Shown here piece by piece: positions 48,043 to 57,530 of a stretch of DNA of 64,000 nucleotides (position 1 is the first letter of the stretch; every line of letters begins with the position of its first letter). The notes beneath the pieces are model-generated. The model was given only the letters and a program-made list of their open reading frames with translations. It was not told the DNA's origin and did no database searches. Made by a program: the position numbers and the translations under genes. Origin of the DNA: a bacterium (lineage in GTDB: Bacteria; Patescibacteriota; Minisyncoccia; Phycocordibacterales; UBA2100); assembly GCA_030674455.1 (NCBI GenBank), contig JAUSGQ010000029.1, forward strand, positions 6,625 through 70,624. Direction: 5' to 3'.

Positions 48043-48194
48043 ATTGCAAAATCCATTGAGATGACATCTCAATATTCGTCTCGTACAAACACTTGCGTTG
48101 TTTGAGGACATGTGGTATATCTACGGCCGGAGATGGCATAGATTTAGCCATTTTGAGCCGTTATTAAGCCATATTTTAATCAATTTATAAACAT

Positions 48195-49907
48195 ATGTAT
48201 CGAGTTTACATTTCGAGTTTAATCGCCGCGTTGGGCATCATAAGCCCCGCAATCGCCCTTTCGCAGAGCTATTCATATCCCTACATGACGGCAACCGGCT
48301 GTGTCAGCCTTTCGCGCGATTTAACCGTCGGGTCGCGAAGCTCCGATGTGACATCTCTCCAGAATTTCCTTCTCACGCAGAATTATCCCGGCTCCGGTGC
48401 CTGGATGGTGACCGGTTATTTCGGTTCCGCGACACGTCAGGCAGTTCTCAACTTCCAATCGCAGAGAGGCCTTGCCGGAACCGGCATTGCTGATGCGCAG
48501 ACGCGCGCCGCAATCTCGGTTTCCACGTGCAGCGGCAACTACGGTTCATACGTTTACAATTCGGCATACTATGCTCCGGTACCGACTGTCGCACCAACAT
48601 ACACATACCCGAACACCACGAATGTTCTCATCAATTTGCTCTCGGTAACGTCAGGCCCGGTAGGAACATCAGTGACGATTTACGGAAACGGTTTTGATGC
48701 CGCCTACAATAATGTGTACTTCGGCAACACTCCCGTCTCCGGCAACATCGCTTCCAACGGAAGCTCGCTCACGTTTACCGTACCAACATCGTTCACTTCA
48801 AATTGCACCGGATACGGATGCACTATCTACAACAGGTACACAAATCCGGGCGTTTACCAGATTTACGTAACCAACACCAGAGGAACGAGCAACAGCCTTC
48901 CGTTCACTGTTACGGCCGGTGGAGTTGCCGGATGCCCGTGGTATATAAACTTTGGAAATTGCGGAAGCTGGAATGGCGGTGCCTATTGGAACGCGAACGT
49001 AAACAGCTTGTATCCGACATCGGGCGGAGTCGGCACGTCTGTTACGGTTTTCGGCTCAGGATTTTCGCAGAGAGGCAACTCCGTGCATTTTGGTCCGGGC
49101 GTGATAACGAACCTGACATCTTCGGATGGCACATCGCTTTCATTCACCGTTCCATCCCAGTTCACGGGCTACGGCTCTCAATCCATGGCGGTAGGAACGT
49201 ATAACGTTTCCGTCACTAACGACAGAGGGTCAACAAGCAACTCGCTTCCTTTCACAGTTACTTCTATAGAACAAAACACGCTTCCCCCGACGATTACCAG
49301 CGTAAACGGGCCCACGCGGATTGCAGCCGGTGCGGCGGGAGTATGGAGCATTACGCTCAGCAGCTATGGAGCATCTAACATAACTACATCTGTGAGATGG
49401 GGCGATGAAGGTACCTATGGTATACCGGTAGCCGCAACTTCTCAAACAGTTACATCCGCAACATCGCAGACTCTCACGTTTACTCACACGTATCAGACAG
49501 GAGGTGTCTACATGGCAGTGTTCACCGTTACAGACAACGCGGGCAGACAAAACACCGCGTCTGCGACAGTGATCGTTACTCCTTACGGCTCATCCCAGCT
49601 CGCGCTTTCGAATGTCACACCTGCGACCGGCAGAGTTGGTACACTCGTAACGATTACGGGAACAGGTTTTACGCTTTCGGGTAACACCGTGCATTTTGGA
49701 ACAGGGGGCGCTTCAAATCTGACATCTTCAAACAACGGAACGACGCTCTACTTTACGATTCCGGCGTACCTTTCTCCTTGCGATGTAGTGGCACAAGGAA
49801 ATATGTGCCCTCAATATATCCAGCAGGTAACGCCCGGCTCATATCCGATATACGTGAGCAACGCCGCAGGACAGACAGGAACCCTCTACTTTACGGTTAC
49901 TCAATAA
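48195..49907 (+). CDS. Secreted peptidoglycan-binding protein with IPT/TIG and PKD-like domains
   Basis: Signal peptide; L.VGS...DV..LQ.FL, TGYFG.ATR.AV..FQ; three G.VGT.VT..G.GF repeats. Confidence 0.85.
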   Translation: MYRVYISSLIAALGIISPAIALSQSYSYPYMTATGCVSLSRDLTVGSRSSDVTSLQNFLLTQNYPGSGAWMVTGYFGSATRQAVLNFQSQRGLAGTGIADAQTRAAISVSTCSGNYGSYVYNSAYYAPVPTVAPTYTYPNTTNVLINLLSVTSGPVGTSVTIYGNGFDAAYNNVYFGNTPVSGNIASNGSSLTFTVPTSFTSNCTGYGCTIYNRYTNPGVYQIYVTNTRGTSNSLPFTVTAGGVAGCPWYINFGNCGSWNGGAYWNANVNSLYPTSGGVGTSVTVFGSGFSQRGNSVHFGPGVITNLTSSDGTSLSFTVPSQFTGYGSQSMAVGTYNVSVTNDRGSTSNSLPFTVTSIEQNTLPPTITSVNGPTRIAAGAAGVWSITLSSYGASNITTSVRWGDEGTYGIPVAATSQTVTSATSQTLTFTHTYQTGGVYMAVFTVTDNAGRQNTASATVIVTPYGSSQLALSNVTPATGRVGTLVTITGTGFTLSGNTVHFGTGGASNLTSSNNGTTLYFTIPAYLSPCDVVAQGNMCPQYIQQVTPGSYPIYVSNAAGQTGTLYFTVTQ

Positions 49908-49919
49908 TTGAATAGATAG

Positions 49920-49957
49920 AAAAGCGCGCAAAGTGCCAATGCACTTTGCGCGCTTTT
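49920..49957. terminator. Intrinsic terminator
   Basis: aaaagcgcgcaaagtgc-caat-gcactttgcgcgctttt. Confidence 0.85.
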
Positions 49958-49971
49958 GGCGTTTGCCATGT

Positions 49972-50045
49972 CGAAGCAATTCAGGGTATACGTGCCAGAA
50001 CTCCTGGATTGCTTCCCGCCACGCTATGCTCGCGGTCGCAATGAC
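49972..50045. repeat. Partial copy of the 16465-16572 hairpin element
   Basis: 50-bp identity with 16523-16572. Confidence 0.9.
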
Positions 50046-50097
50046 TGGGTGATAGACGCAAAAAAACCTGAAGTTGAAATATGCTAATATCAAAATA

Positions 50098-51387
50098 ATG
50101 CCTCACAAGAAAATCATCCATTCCGTCACTCATAAGACATTCGCCTCTCTAAAAATCCGGAATTACCGGCTGTATTTTTTAGGCCAGGTTATCTCCGTCG
50201 CGGGAACGTGGATGCAAACGGTCGCCTTGGGATGGCTGGTGCTGCAGCTCACTGGCTCGGGCGCACAACTGGGAGCAGTAGTTGCTACGGCCTTCATTCC
50301 GCTGCTTATTTTTGGGCCTTTGGGAGGAGTTATCGCAGACCGTTTTGAAAAGCACAAAATGCTCATTTTCACGCAGTCGGCGCTAGCAACGCTCGCGCTC
50401 TCACTTAGTATTTTGGTGTATTCGGGCCTAACGCAGGTTTGGATGCTGTACATTTTTGCGTTTTTGTACGGATTGGTGCGTTCTGTAGACGAACCGACCG
50501 GGCAATCTTTCGTTTTGGAAATGGTCGATGAGAGCCATATGAAAAATGCAGTCAGCCTTAATTCAATGAGAGGCAATCTTGCGCGCGCCGTGGGCCCGAT
50601 GATCGCGGGATTTCTCATTGCGGGAGTCGGCATCGCGTTCTGTTTTCTTTTTAACGCGCTCTCGTATATCGCAGTTATCTGGATGCTTCTTATTATGGAT
50701 AAGAGCGAACTTAGACGGCACAAGGTAATAGCGAATCGCTCGCAAACTGTACGCGACGGAATTCGTTTTATCCTCGCGAATCCGCTCATCAAGAACACAC
50801 TCATCATGATGGCGATTATCGGAACGCTTTCCTATGAGTGGCAGGTAAGCCTTCCGCTCCTAGCACAGCGCACGTTCAATGGCGATGCGGCCAGTTACGC
50901 GGCTCTCATGTCTTCTTTCGGAGTAGGAGCCGTCATCGGAGGGCTCTATGCCGCGAGCCGCCACAAACTTTCCACCCGCAATCTGATAATGTTTGTTTTT
51001 CTTTTCGGGATGAGCATTATCGCTGCGGCCATGATGCCGACTATCCAACTGACAATGTTAGGAATGGTATTCGTCGGATTCTTTTCGATTAACCTTACAT
51101 CAATAGCTAACACAATGGTGCAATTGGAAAGCACCCCGGAAATGCGCGGACGGGTCATGTCTTTCTGGACTGTCGCCATGATGGGCTCGACTGCGATCGG
51201 CGGCCCTATCATCGGGCTCATCGGTGAACATATCGGCGCGCGCTGGGGGCTTCTTACCGGAGGTTTGGCCGCGCTTGTGGCAGTTGGAATCGCCGCGTAC
51301 CCGCTTCTCAAAACGAACATGGTCAAAGTGATTCCGGAAACCGCGGAGATTGAAGAGGAAACTCCGAGAGCAGAAGTCAACGGTTGA
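50098..51387 (+). CDS. MFS transporter (MFS_3-like)
   Basis: RNYRLYFLGQ..S.AGTWMQ, GGVIADRF, NLARAVGP, RGRVMS; ~12 TM helices. Confidence 0.9.
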   Translation: MPHKKIIHSVTHKTFASLKIRNYRLYFLGQVISVAGTWMQTVALGWLVLQLTGSGAQLGAVVATAFIPLLIFGPLGGVIADRFEKHKMLIFTQSALATLALSLSILVYSGLTQVWMLYIFAFLYGLVRSVDEPTGQSFVLEMVDESHMKNAVSLNSMRGNLARAVGPMIAGFLIAGVGIAFCFLFNALSYIAVIWMLLIMDKSELRRHKVIANRSQTVRDGIRFILANPLIKNTLIMMAIIGTLSYEWQVSLPLLAQRTFNGDAASYAALMSSFGVGAVIGGLYAASRHKLSTRNLIMFVFLFGMSIIAAAMMPTIQLTMLGMVFVGFFSINLTSIANTMVQLESTPEMRGRVMSFWTVAMMGSTAIGGPIIGLIGEHIGARWGLLTGGLAALVAVGIAAYPLLKTNMVKVIPETAEIEEETPRAEVNG

Positions 51388-51740
51388 AACACTTCCGTTC
51401 TCTTGTCCGCTACAAATCCTTGCGCTCTCGCTCCTTTCTGACATTCTCTTCCTCGTCTCTTTTCTTTCTGTAAGTGCCGACTTCGTCAGACGGCTCCTGC
51501 TTTCGCGCGTGATAAATTTTCGCAGTTCCTGAATGTTTCTTTTGCTCTAGCTGATCCTTTAGCCACTCTTTATGTTCTCTGTCGGCCATGCGGCAATTGT
51601 ATCCCGAAAAGGGAAATCACAGCAATCTTTATTCCACAACGGTATGAAGATTTTGACAACTAGCCAAGAAATGTGTACAATCAATCCTTTTGAAAAGGGA
51701 GGGCATATAACACAAGAGCAGTCTGTAGGATTTCACATAT

Positions 51741-52769
51741 ATGGAAAACAAATTACGTGTCGGCGTTGTGGGAGCTACCGGATTCACCGGCGAGGAGCTG
51801 GTGAAGATTCTTTCGCGCCATCCGAATGTTGAAGTCACCTATGTTTCCGGAAAAGAAGACCGCAGTGAAAGAATCCAGGACATTTTCCCATATCTCAAGA
51901 ATTCGGTTGATTTGAAGTGCGATGCGTTTTCCGCAGATGAGGCCATAGAGAAAACGGACCTGGTTTTTCTTTCATTGCCTCACACGCTCTCGATGCAAAG
52001 CGCGCCGTTATTCCTCCAGGCGGGAAAGAAGGTGATAGATATCAGCGCGGATTATCGTTTGCAGGATACGAAGGTCTACGAGAAGTTCTATAAGACGGCT
52101 CATCTGGATGCAGCAAATTTGAAAGCAGCTGTTTACGGCCTGCCGGAATTGAATCGCGAACAAATCAAATCTGCAAAACTTATCGCAAATCCGGGCTGCT
52201 ATCCGACGGGCTCAATACTGGGCATCGCCCCCGGGCTCGCGAGCGGAGTCTTCGACGAAAGCTCAATCCAAATTGATGCAAAAAGCGGGGTAACGGGAGC
52301 CGGAAGAAAAGCCGACAAAGCTCTCCATTTCTCTGAAGTGAATGAATCAGTCAAGGCGTACAGACTTTTTGAACACCAGCATGTTCCGGAAATTGACCAG
52401 GCGCTTTCGGGTGTTTCCAAAAAAGAGGTGAGTGTCGTTTTTGTGCCGCATTTAATCCCTATAAACAGGGGTATCTTGAGTACTATCTATGTGAAGCTCG
52501 CGAAGAAAATGAATACGGAGGAATTGCTCGCGGTCTACAAGAAATTCTATAAAAACGAACCATTTGTGAAAGTCTATGACGCCGGGCGCCTGCCGGAAAT
52601 AAAATATGTCGTAAACACCAATTTCTGCGATATCGGACTGAAGGTCAACGAGTCAAAAAATCTCGCGGTCATAGTGACGGCAATTGATAATTTGCAGAAA
52701 GGCGCGGCGGGTCAGGCGGTTCAGAACATGAACATTATGTGCGGGTTTGAAGAAACAGCCGGCTTATGA
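51741..52769 (+). CDS. argC: N-acetyl-gamma-glutamyl-phosphate reductase
   Basis: GATGFTG, DISADYRL, YGLPE, ANPGCYPT, SGVTGAG, IDNLQKGAAGQA. Confidence 0.96.
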   Translation: MENKLRVGVVGATGFTGEELVKILSRHPNVEVTYVSGKEDRSERIQDIFPYLKNSVDLKCDAFSADEAIEKTDLVFLSLPHTLSMQSAPLFLQAGKKVIDISADYRLQDTKVYEKFYKTAHLDAANLKAAVYGLPELNREQIKSAKLIANPGCYPTGSILGIAPGLASGVFDESSIQIDAKSGVTGAGRKADKALHFSEVNESVKAYRLFEHQHVPEIDQALSGVSKKEVSVVFVPHLIPINRGILSTIYVKLAKKMNTEELLAVYKKFYKNEPFVKVYDAGRLPEIKYVVNTNFCDIGLKVNESKNLAVIVTAIDNLQKGAAGQAVQNMNIMCGFEETAGL

Positions 52770-52774
52770 ACATG

Positions 52775-52872
52775 TCCGAATCTACGAATTATCCGAATGC
52801 TACGAATGGCTACAAATGTGGGAATTTATTATTTGTAGTTATTTGTAGATTGGAATCCATTTGTAGATTGGT
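52775..52872. repeat. TACGAAT/TACAAAT array with inverted ATTTGTAG arm, copy 1 (copy 2 at 54982-55109)
   Basis: cgaatgctacgaatggctacaaatg...tatttgtagattggaat is shared by both loci. Confidence 0.85.
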
Positions 52873-52881
52873 ACACCCTGT

Positions 52882-54099
52882 ATGAAAATTATCTCCGGAG
52901 GTGTTACTGCCCCAAAAGGCTTTAAAGCGAACGGTCTATACTGCGGAATTAAGAAATCAAAAAACAACGACCTCGCTCTTATATATTCGGAAGTGCCGTG
53001 CGCGGCCGCGGGTGTTTTTACAGCCAATAAGGTGCACGCTTCCTGCGTGGAAATAAACCAGGAACATCTCAAGGACGGGAAGGCGCAAGCCATAATCGCG
53101 AATTCCGGGAACGCTAATTGCATGACTGGTAAGAGTGGTTTCGAGAATTCGCGCAGAATGGCATCCGTTGCGGCTCGTGCATTAGGCCTGAAAGATTCGG
53201 ATGTTTGCGTCGCCTCGACCGGCGTAATTGGCCATTCATTGCCCATAGAAAAAATCTCTGATGCCGTGCCGGCGCTCGCAAAGGGTTTAAGCTCGGGCGG
53301 CAGTAAAAATGCGGCGCGCGGAATTATGACAACCGACACCACGATGAAAGAGGTCGCAGTTGAGTTTATGATAGGCACAAGCCGTGTGCGCATGGGAGCG
53401 ATTGCAAAAGGCGCCGGCATGATTCATCCGCAGATGGAGCTTTCTAAACACGCGACGATGCTTTGCTTTGTTACTACTGATGCCGCGATTGCGCCGAAAG
53501 CACTTCGCGAATCGCTGGATGCGGCTACTCAAAAATCATTCAACATGATTACGATAGACGGCGACATGTCCACGAATGACATGGTGCTCGTGCTTGGAAA
53601 CGGTAAGGCACAGAACAAAACCATTGCTCCAAATTCAAAAGAGGCCGGCGTTTTTGCCGAGGCGCTTGAATCTATTTTGCTCAGGCTTGCGCAGATGATG
53701 GTGCGCGACGCGGAGGGTGCGACGAAATTCGTTACGGTTAGAGTCAACAATGCGAAGAGTTCCGAGGATGCCCGCATAGCCGCGCGCGCTGTCGCTTCTT
53801 CTACGCTCGTCAAATGCGCGCTTTTCGGCTCCGACCCGAATTGGGGAAGAATTGCCGCGGCCGTTGGCCATTCAGGCGCCTCTGTGGATCCGTGGAAAAT
53901 AAAAATATTTCTCGGAAAATTCCTGGTGTCGAAAGATGGAGGCGCCGTTGTGAACAAGCCGGGCGTTCTTGACCGCGAGTTGAAGAAAAAAGATATAGCG
54001 ATTACGCTTGACCTTGGTCTCGGGAGCCATTCTGCGACGGCCTACACATGTGACCTGTCCACAAATTACGTTAAACTTAATTCCGCGTACCATACGTAA
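52882..54099 (+). CDS. argJ: Ornithine acetyltransferase (ArgJ)
   Basis: NSGNANCMTG, ASTGVIG, IMTTDT, KGAGMIHP...ATML, DGDMSTND, RDAEGATK, DPNWGR. Confidence 0.96.
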   Translation: MKIISGGVTAPKGFKANGLYCGIKKSKNNDLALIYSEVPCAAAGVFTANKVHASCVEINQEHLKDGKAQAIIANSGNANCMTGKSGFENSRRMASVAARALGLKDSDVCVASTGVIGHSLPIEKISDAVPALAKGLSSGGSKNAARGIMTTDTTMKEVAVEFMIGTSRVRMGAIAKGAGMIHPQMELSKHATMLCFVTTDAAIAPKALRESLDAATQKSFNMITIDGDMSTNDMVLVLGNGKAQNKTIAPNSKEAGVFAEALESILLRLAQMMVRDAEGATKFVTVRVNNAKSSEDARIAARAVASSTLVKCALFGSDPNWGRIAAAVGHSGASVDPWKIKIFLGKFLVSKDGGAVVNKPGVLDRELKKKDIAITLDLGLGSHSATAYTCDLSTNYVKLNSAYHT

Positions 54100-54103
54100 T
54101 TCT

Positions 54104-54979
54104 ATGCCTTCCGACAAATCAATAATACGCAAAGCAGATGTCCTCATTGAGGCGCTTCCGTACATACAGAATTTTTACGGAAAGACCATCGTCATTAAAT
54201 ACGGCGGCGCGGCGATGACCGATAAAAGTTTGCGCAAGGAAGTTCTTCGCGACATCGTTTTTATGAACTACGTCGGCATGCGCCCGATACTCATTCACGG
54301 CGGTGGGCCGATGGCGACGGCTCGGCTTAAAGAACTCGGGCGCGAGGTGAGGTTCGTAAATGGCTATCGCGTTACCGACAAAGAATCCATGGCCATTATT
54401 GAGGAGGAGTTCATGAAAATAAATACGGAAATCGTGCAGGAGCTGACAGCGCTCGGCTCGGCGGCAATTTCGCTATCCGGCAAAGAAGACCGCTTCATCC
54501 AGGTCGTGAAGCACGCGCCTATTGACGGCCAGGACATCGGATTTGTCGGTGAGATAAAGAACATCAACAGCGACGTGCTTCAGAAAATCATCGCAAGCGA
54601 TATTATCCCGGTCATTCCTCCCATCGGCATCGGAATTAAGGATGATCTGCCGTACAACATCAATGCCGATCAGGTCGCAGCCGAGATTGCGAGAAGTGTG
54701 CGCGCGCTCAAACTCGTCGTGCTCACGAATGTGAGCGGTATTTTGACCGACATTAAAAACCCGTCCTCGCTCCTCTCGCACGTAAATGCCGAAGAGGCAA
54801 AGCAGATGATTGATTCCGGCGTTATCTCAGCTGGTATGATACCGAAAGTAAATTCGTGCCTTCGCGCTTTGGACAGGGGAGTCAGGAAGGCCCACATTAT
54901 TGACGTACAGGTACCGCACGGGATACTCATGGAAATCTTTACGGATAAAGGTATCGGAACGGAGATAGTTAAAAAATGA
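54104..54979 (+). CDS. argB: Acetylglutamate kinase
   Basis: EALPYI, VIKYGGAAM, HGGGP, YNINAD, GMIPKV, EIFTDKGIGT. Confidence 0.96.
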   Translation: MPSDKSIIRKADVLIEALPYIQNFYGKTIVIKYGGAAMTDKSLRKEVLRDIVFMNYVGMRPILIHGGGPMATARLKELGREVRFVNGYRVTDKESMAIIEEEFMKINTEIVQELTALGSAAISLSGKEDRFIQVVKHAPIDGQDIGFVGEIKNINSDVLQKIIASDIIPVIPPIGIGIKDDLPYNINADQVAAEIARSVRALKLVVLTNVSGILTDIKNPSSLLSHVNAEEAKQMIDSGVISAGMIPKVNSCLRALDRGVRKAHIIDVQVPHGILMEIFTDKGIGTEIVKK

Positions 54980-54981
54980 TA

Positions 54982-55109
54982 CCAATCTACAAATGTATTC
55001 CAATCTACGAATGCCAATCTACAAATGATACGAATGCTACGAATGGCTACAAATGTTAGTATTTCACATTTGTAATTATTTGTAGATTGGAATATATTCG
55101 CAGATTGGA
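54982..55109. repeat. TACAAAT array element, copy 2
   Basis: ccaatctacaaat repeats and inverted atttgtagattgg. Confidence 0.85.
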
Positions 55110-55122
55110 ACATGTTTAAATT

Positions 55123-56298
55123 ATGAAATCAAAAGACATCATTGGTTTGTACAAAGATTACGTGATGCCCACGTATTTCACGACTCCGCTTGCCATCGTG
55201 CGCGGAAAGGGTACCTACGTTTGGGATGCCGAGGGAAATAAGTATCTCGATTTTTTCCCCGGATGGGCGGTGAGCGGTATCGGCCATTGCCATCCTGAAG
55301 TGGTGAAAGCAATAAAATATCAGGCGGGTAAACTCATTCACGTCTCAAATAATTACTTTAGCGAGCAGCAGGGGACGCTTGCAAAAGAAATCGTCTCCAA
55401 TGCTTTTCCCGGAAAAGTCTTTTTCTGCAATTCCGGAGCGGAGGCAAACGAAGTAGCGATCAAGCTCGCCAGAAAATACGGCAATCCGGAGCGCAATGAA
55501 GTCATTACAATGGAGCGCTCATTCCACGGGCGCACGATTGCGACAGTTACAGCGACAGGACAAAAGAAATTCCAAAAAGGGTTCGAGCCGCTTCCCGCAG
55601 GGTTTGCGACAGTACCCTTTAATGATTTTGCCGCTCTCGAGCGTGCTATAACTGCAAAAACTGCTGCAATTATGTTGGAGCCGGTACAGGGCGAAGGAGG
55701 CGTTAATGTTGCCGACGTGCAATATCTGACAGCGGTACGTAAGATTTGCACCGAGAAGAATATTCTCCTTATCTTCGATGAGGTCCAATCTGGAATGGGC
55801 CGCACTGGCAAGATGTTTGCGTATCAGAATCTCGCAATTGTTCCCGACATACTGACGCTGGCAAAATCTTTGGGAGGCGGTTTCCCAATTGGCGCCACCT
55901 TGGCTAAAGCCAGCATCGCGGATACGCTTGGTCCTGGTACGCACGGAACCACATTCGGCGGAAGCCCGTTGGCATGCGCAGCCGGGCTCGCGGTATTTAA
56001 GGCGATTAAGAAAGAAAAACTTCTGAAGAATGCGGTTGTCTTGGGTGCGTATTTGCAAAAGAAACTCAATGAACTGAAAAAGAAACACAGCGTAATTCGC
56101 GAAGTCCGCGGCGTCGGACTCATGTTGGGAGTGGAACTTACTACGGAAGGCAAAAAAATCTACGAAGAGTGCCTGAAAAAAGGGCTGCTCATCAACTGCA
56201 CACAGGAAAACGTGTTGCGCATCATGCCTCCAATAACGGTAACGAAAAGCGAGATTGATAAAGCGATTTCCATTTTGGATAAGGTACTCGACGCATAG
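55123..56298 (+). CDS. argD: Acetylornithine aminotransferase
   Basis: NSGAEANE, SFHGRT, EPVQGEGG, DEVQSGMGRTG, AKSLGGG, HGTTFGG. Confidence 0.95.
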   Translation: MKSKDIIGLYKDYVMPTYFTTPLAIVRGKGTYVWDAEGNKYLDFFPGWAVSGIGHCHPEVVKAIKYQAGKLIHVSNNYFSEQQGTLAKEIVSNAFPGKVFFCNSGAEANEVAIKLARKYGNPERNEVITMERSFHGRTIATVTATGQKKFQKGFEPLPAGFATVPFNDFAALERAITAKTAAIMLEPVQGEGGVNVADVQYLTAVRKICTEKNILLIFDEVQSGMGRTGKMFAYQNLAIVPDILTLAKSLGGGFPIGATLAKASIADTLGPGTHGTTFGGSPLACAAGLAVFKAIKKEKLLKNAVVLGAYLQKKLNELKKKHSVIREVRGVGLMLGVELTTEGKKIYEECLKKGLLINCTQENVLRIMPPITVTKSEIDKAISILDKVLDA

Positions 56299-56349
56299 AT
56301 AGGGAAATAGATGAAATTGAGGATGATTGAGATACTTCCCGTTTGAGTT

Positions 56350-56387
56350 GTTCTATTCCAGTGTTTTGCAAAACACTGGAATAGAAC
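56350..56387. repeat. 38-bp perfect palindrome overlapping the ArsR2 promoter
   Basis: gttctattccagtgttttg|caaaacactggaatagaac; TTGCAA-16-TAGAAT. Confidence 0.95.
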
Positions 56388-56400
56388 TAGAATGTTAAGA

Positions 56401-56676
56401 ATGGCAAATCGCAGTTACCGCACCATAGAACGCATCGTGAAGGGTTACGCCAACCACCGGCGGTTAGAGATATTAGATTTATTGCGCAAGGAACCGGAGC
56501 TTTCTGTGGAGGACATCTCTGAAAAACTGAAGATCGGGTATCAGAATGCTTCCGACCATATTCGCAAGCTTTCAATCGCGGGCCTTGTGGCCAAGCGGAA
56601 CGAGGGTCCAAGCGTTCGACACAAGCTTACGCCTCGGGCAGAGTCTATTCTAGTGTTTTGCAAAACACTGGAATAA
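56401..56676 (+). CDS. ArsR-like winged-helix protein (ArsR2)
   Basis: KGYANHRRLEILDLL, LSVEDIS, NASDHIRKL..AGLV; the C-terminus ILVFCKTLE* is encoded by palindrome copy 2 (56646-56675). Confidence 0.85.
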   Translation: MANRSYRTIERIVKGYANHRRLEILDLLRKEPELSVEDISEKLKIGYQNASDHIRKLSIAGLVAKRNEGPSVRHKLTPRAESILVFCKTLE

Positions 56677-56717
56677 GAAGAGCGGCGGATGAGATTGTGA
56701 TATTTGCTTCATGTGCT

Positions 56718-57467
56718 ATGGAAACTTCAATCCGGCCAAAATACGATTTGGACAAAATAAAGTTTTCCACCGGTTCGCCGACATGGGAACGCGCGGTTGA
56801 ATTGTTCGAGAAGGGAAAGGTAACGAAATTTCAGGACAATGAAGGCTCATATTCGGCAACTGTCATTGGCACAAAACCGTATGAAGTTTGGGTATCTGCG
56901 GAGAAATTCGACGTAGGAGACTGCAATTGCTATCTCGGGCAGAAGGATGAATTATGCAAACATCTTGTTGCACTTGCGATACGGGTTGTAACTGGTGGCA
57001 ACTCGCTTTCTGAGAAACAAAAAAAGATGGTCGCTGTGCCTATTTGTAGTGGCAGGGAGGGAGAACTGGATAAGGAGAAGTTACAATCTGTGCAGACCGC
57101 AATTTCCGTGGCAATGAAATGTATCAAGGCCTATAACGGACCATCACGCACGTGGTTTATATATCAGGCTTCGCTCGCGGAAGGATGCACTCGCCTTGCC
57201 GCCACTTTTTCCGAATTACCCGTGAGCGAGCAAACTGCACAAATCGTCTTAAAGACACTTTTGCGTCTTGATGAAAAGCTTTGCCGAGGCGGAGTGGATG
57301 ATTCCGATGGCGCTGTCGGCGGTTTCATAGAGGACGCGGTCAGTATGCTCCTAGAGTATGTGAAATTAGAGCCATCATGCATAGGCGCATTTGAAATACT
57401 CAAAGGTCAATCGACGTGTTTCGAGTGGGAAGAGCCGCTCTTGAAAATCTCCAAAAGAGAAGGGTAG
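56718..57467 (+). CDS. SWIM zinc-finger protein
   Basis: ATVIGT..YEV, CNC......LCKHLVA, VDDSDG.VG. Confidence 0.8.
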   Translation: METSIRPKYDLDKIKFSTGSPTWERAVELFEKGKVTKFQDNEGSYSATVIGTKPYEVWVSAEKFDVGDCNCYLGQKDELCKHLVALAIRVVTGGNSLSEKQKKMVAVPICSGREGELDKEKLQSVQTAISVAMKCIKAYNGPSRTWFIYQASLAEGCTRLAATFSELPVSEQTAQIVLKTLLRLDEKLCRGGVDDSDGAVGGFIEDAVSMLLEYVKLEPSCIGAFEILKGQSTCFEWEEPLLKISKREG

Positions 57468-57479
57468 CTTACGACTTCT

Positions 57480-57530
57480 CTATTCCAGTGTTTTGCCCAC
57501 CAGAGGTCGGCAGGCAAAACACTGGAATAG
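57480..57530. repeat. Third ArsR2 palindrome interrupted at its centre by a short insert
   Basis: ctattccagtgttttGC-ccaccagaggtcggcag-GCaaaacactggaatag. Confidence 0.9.

Noticed and set aside
51400-51589. Short minus-strand ORF (MADREHKEW..., 33 aa)
   Set aside because: Too short with no recognisable motif; it may be a frameshifted remnant but cannot be supported.
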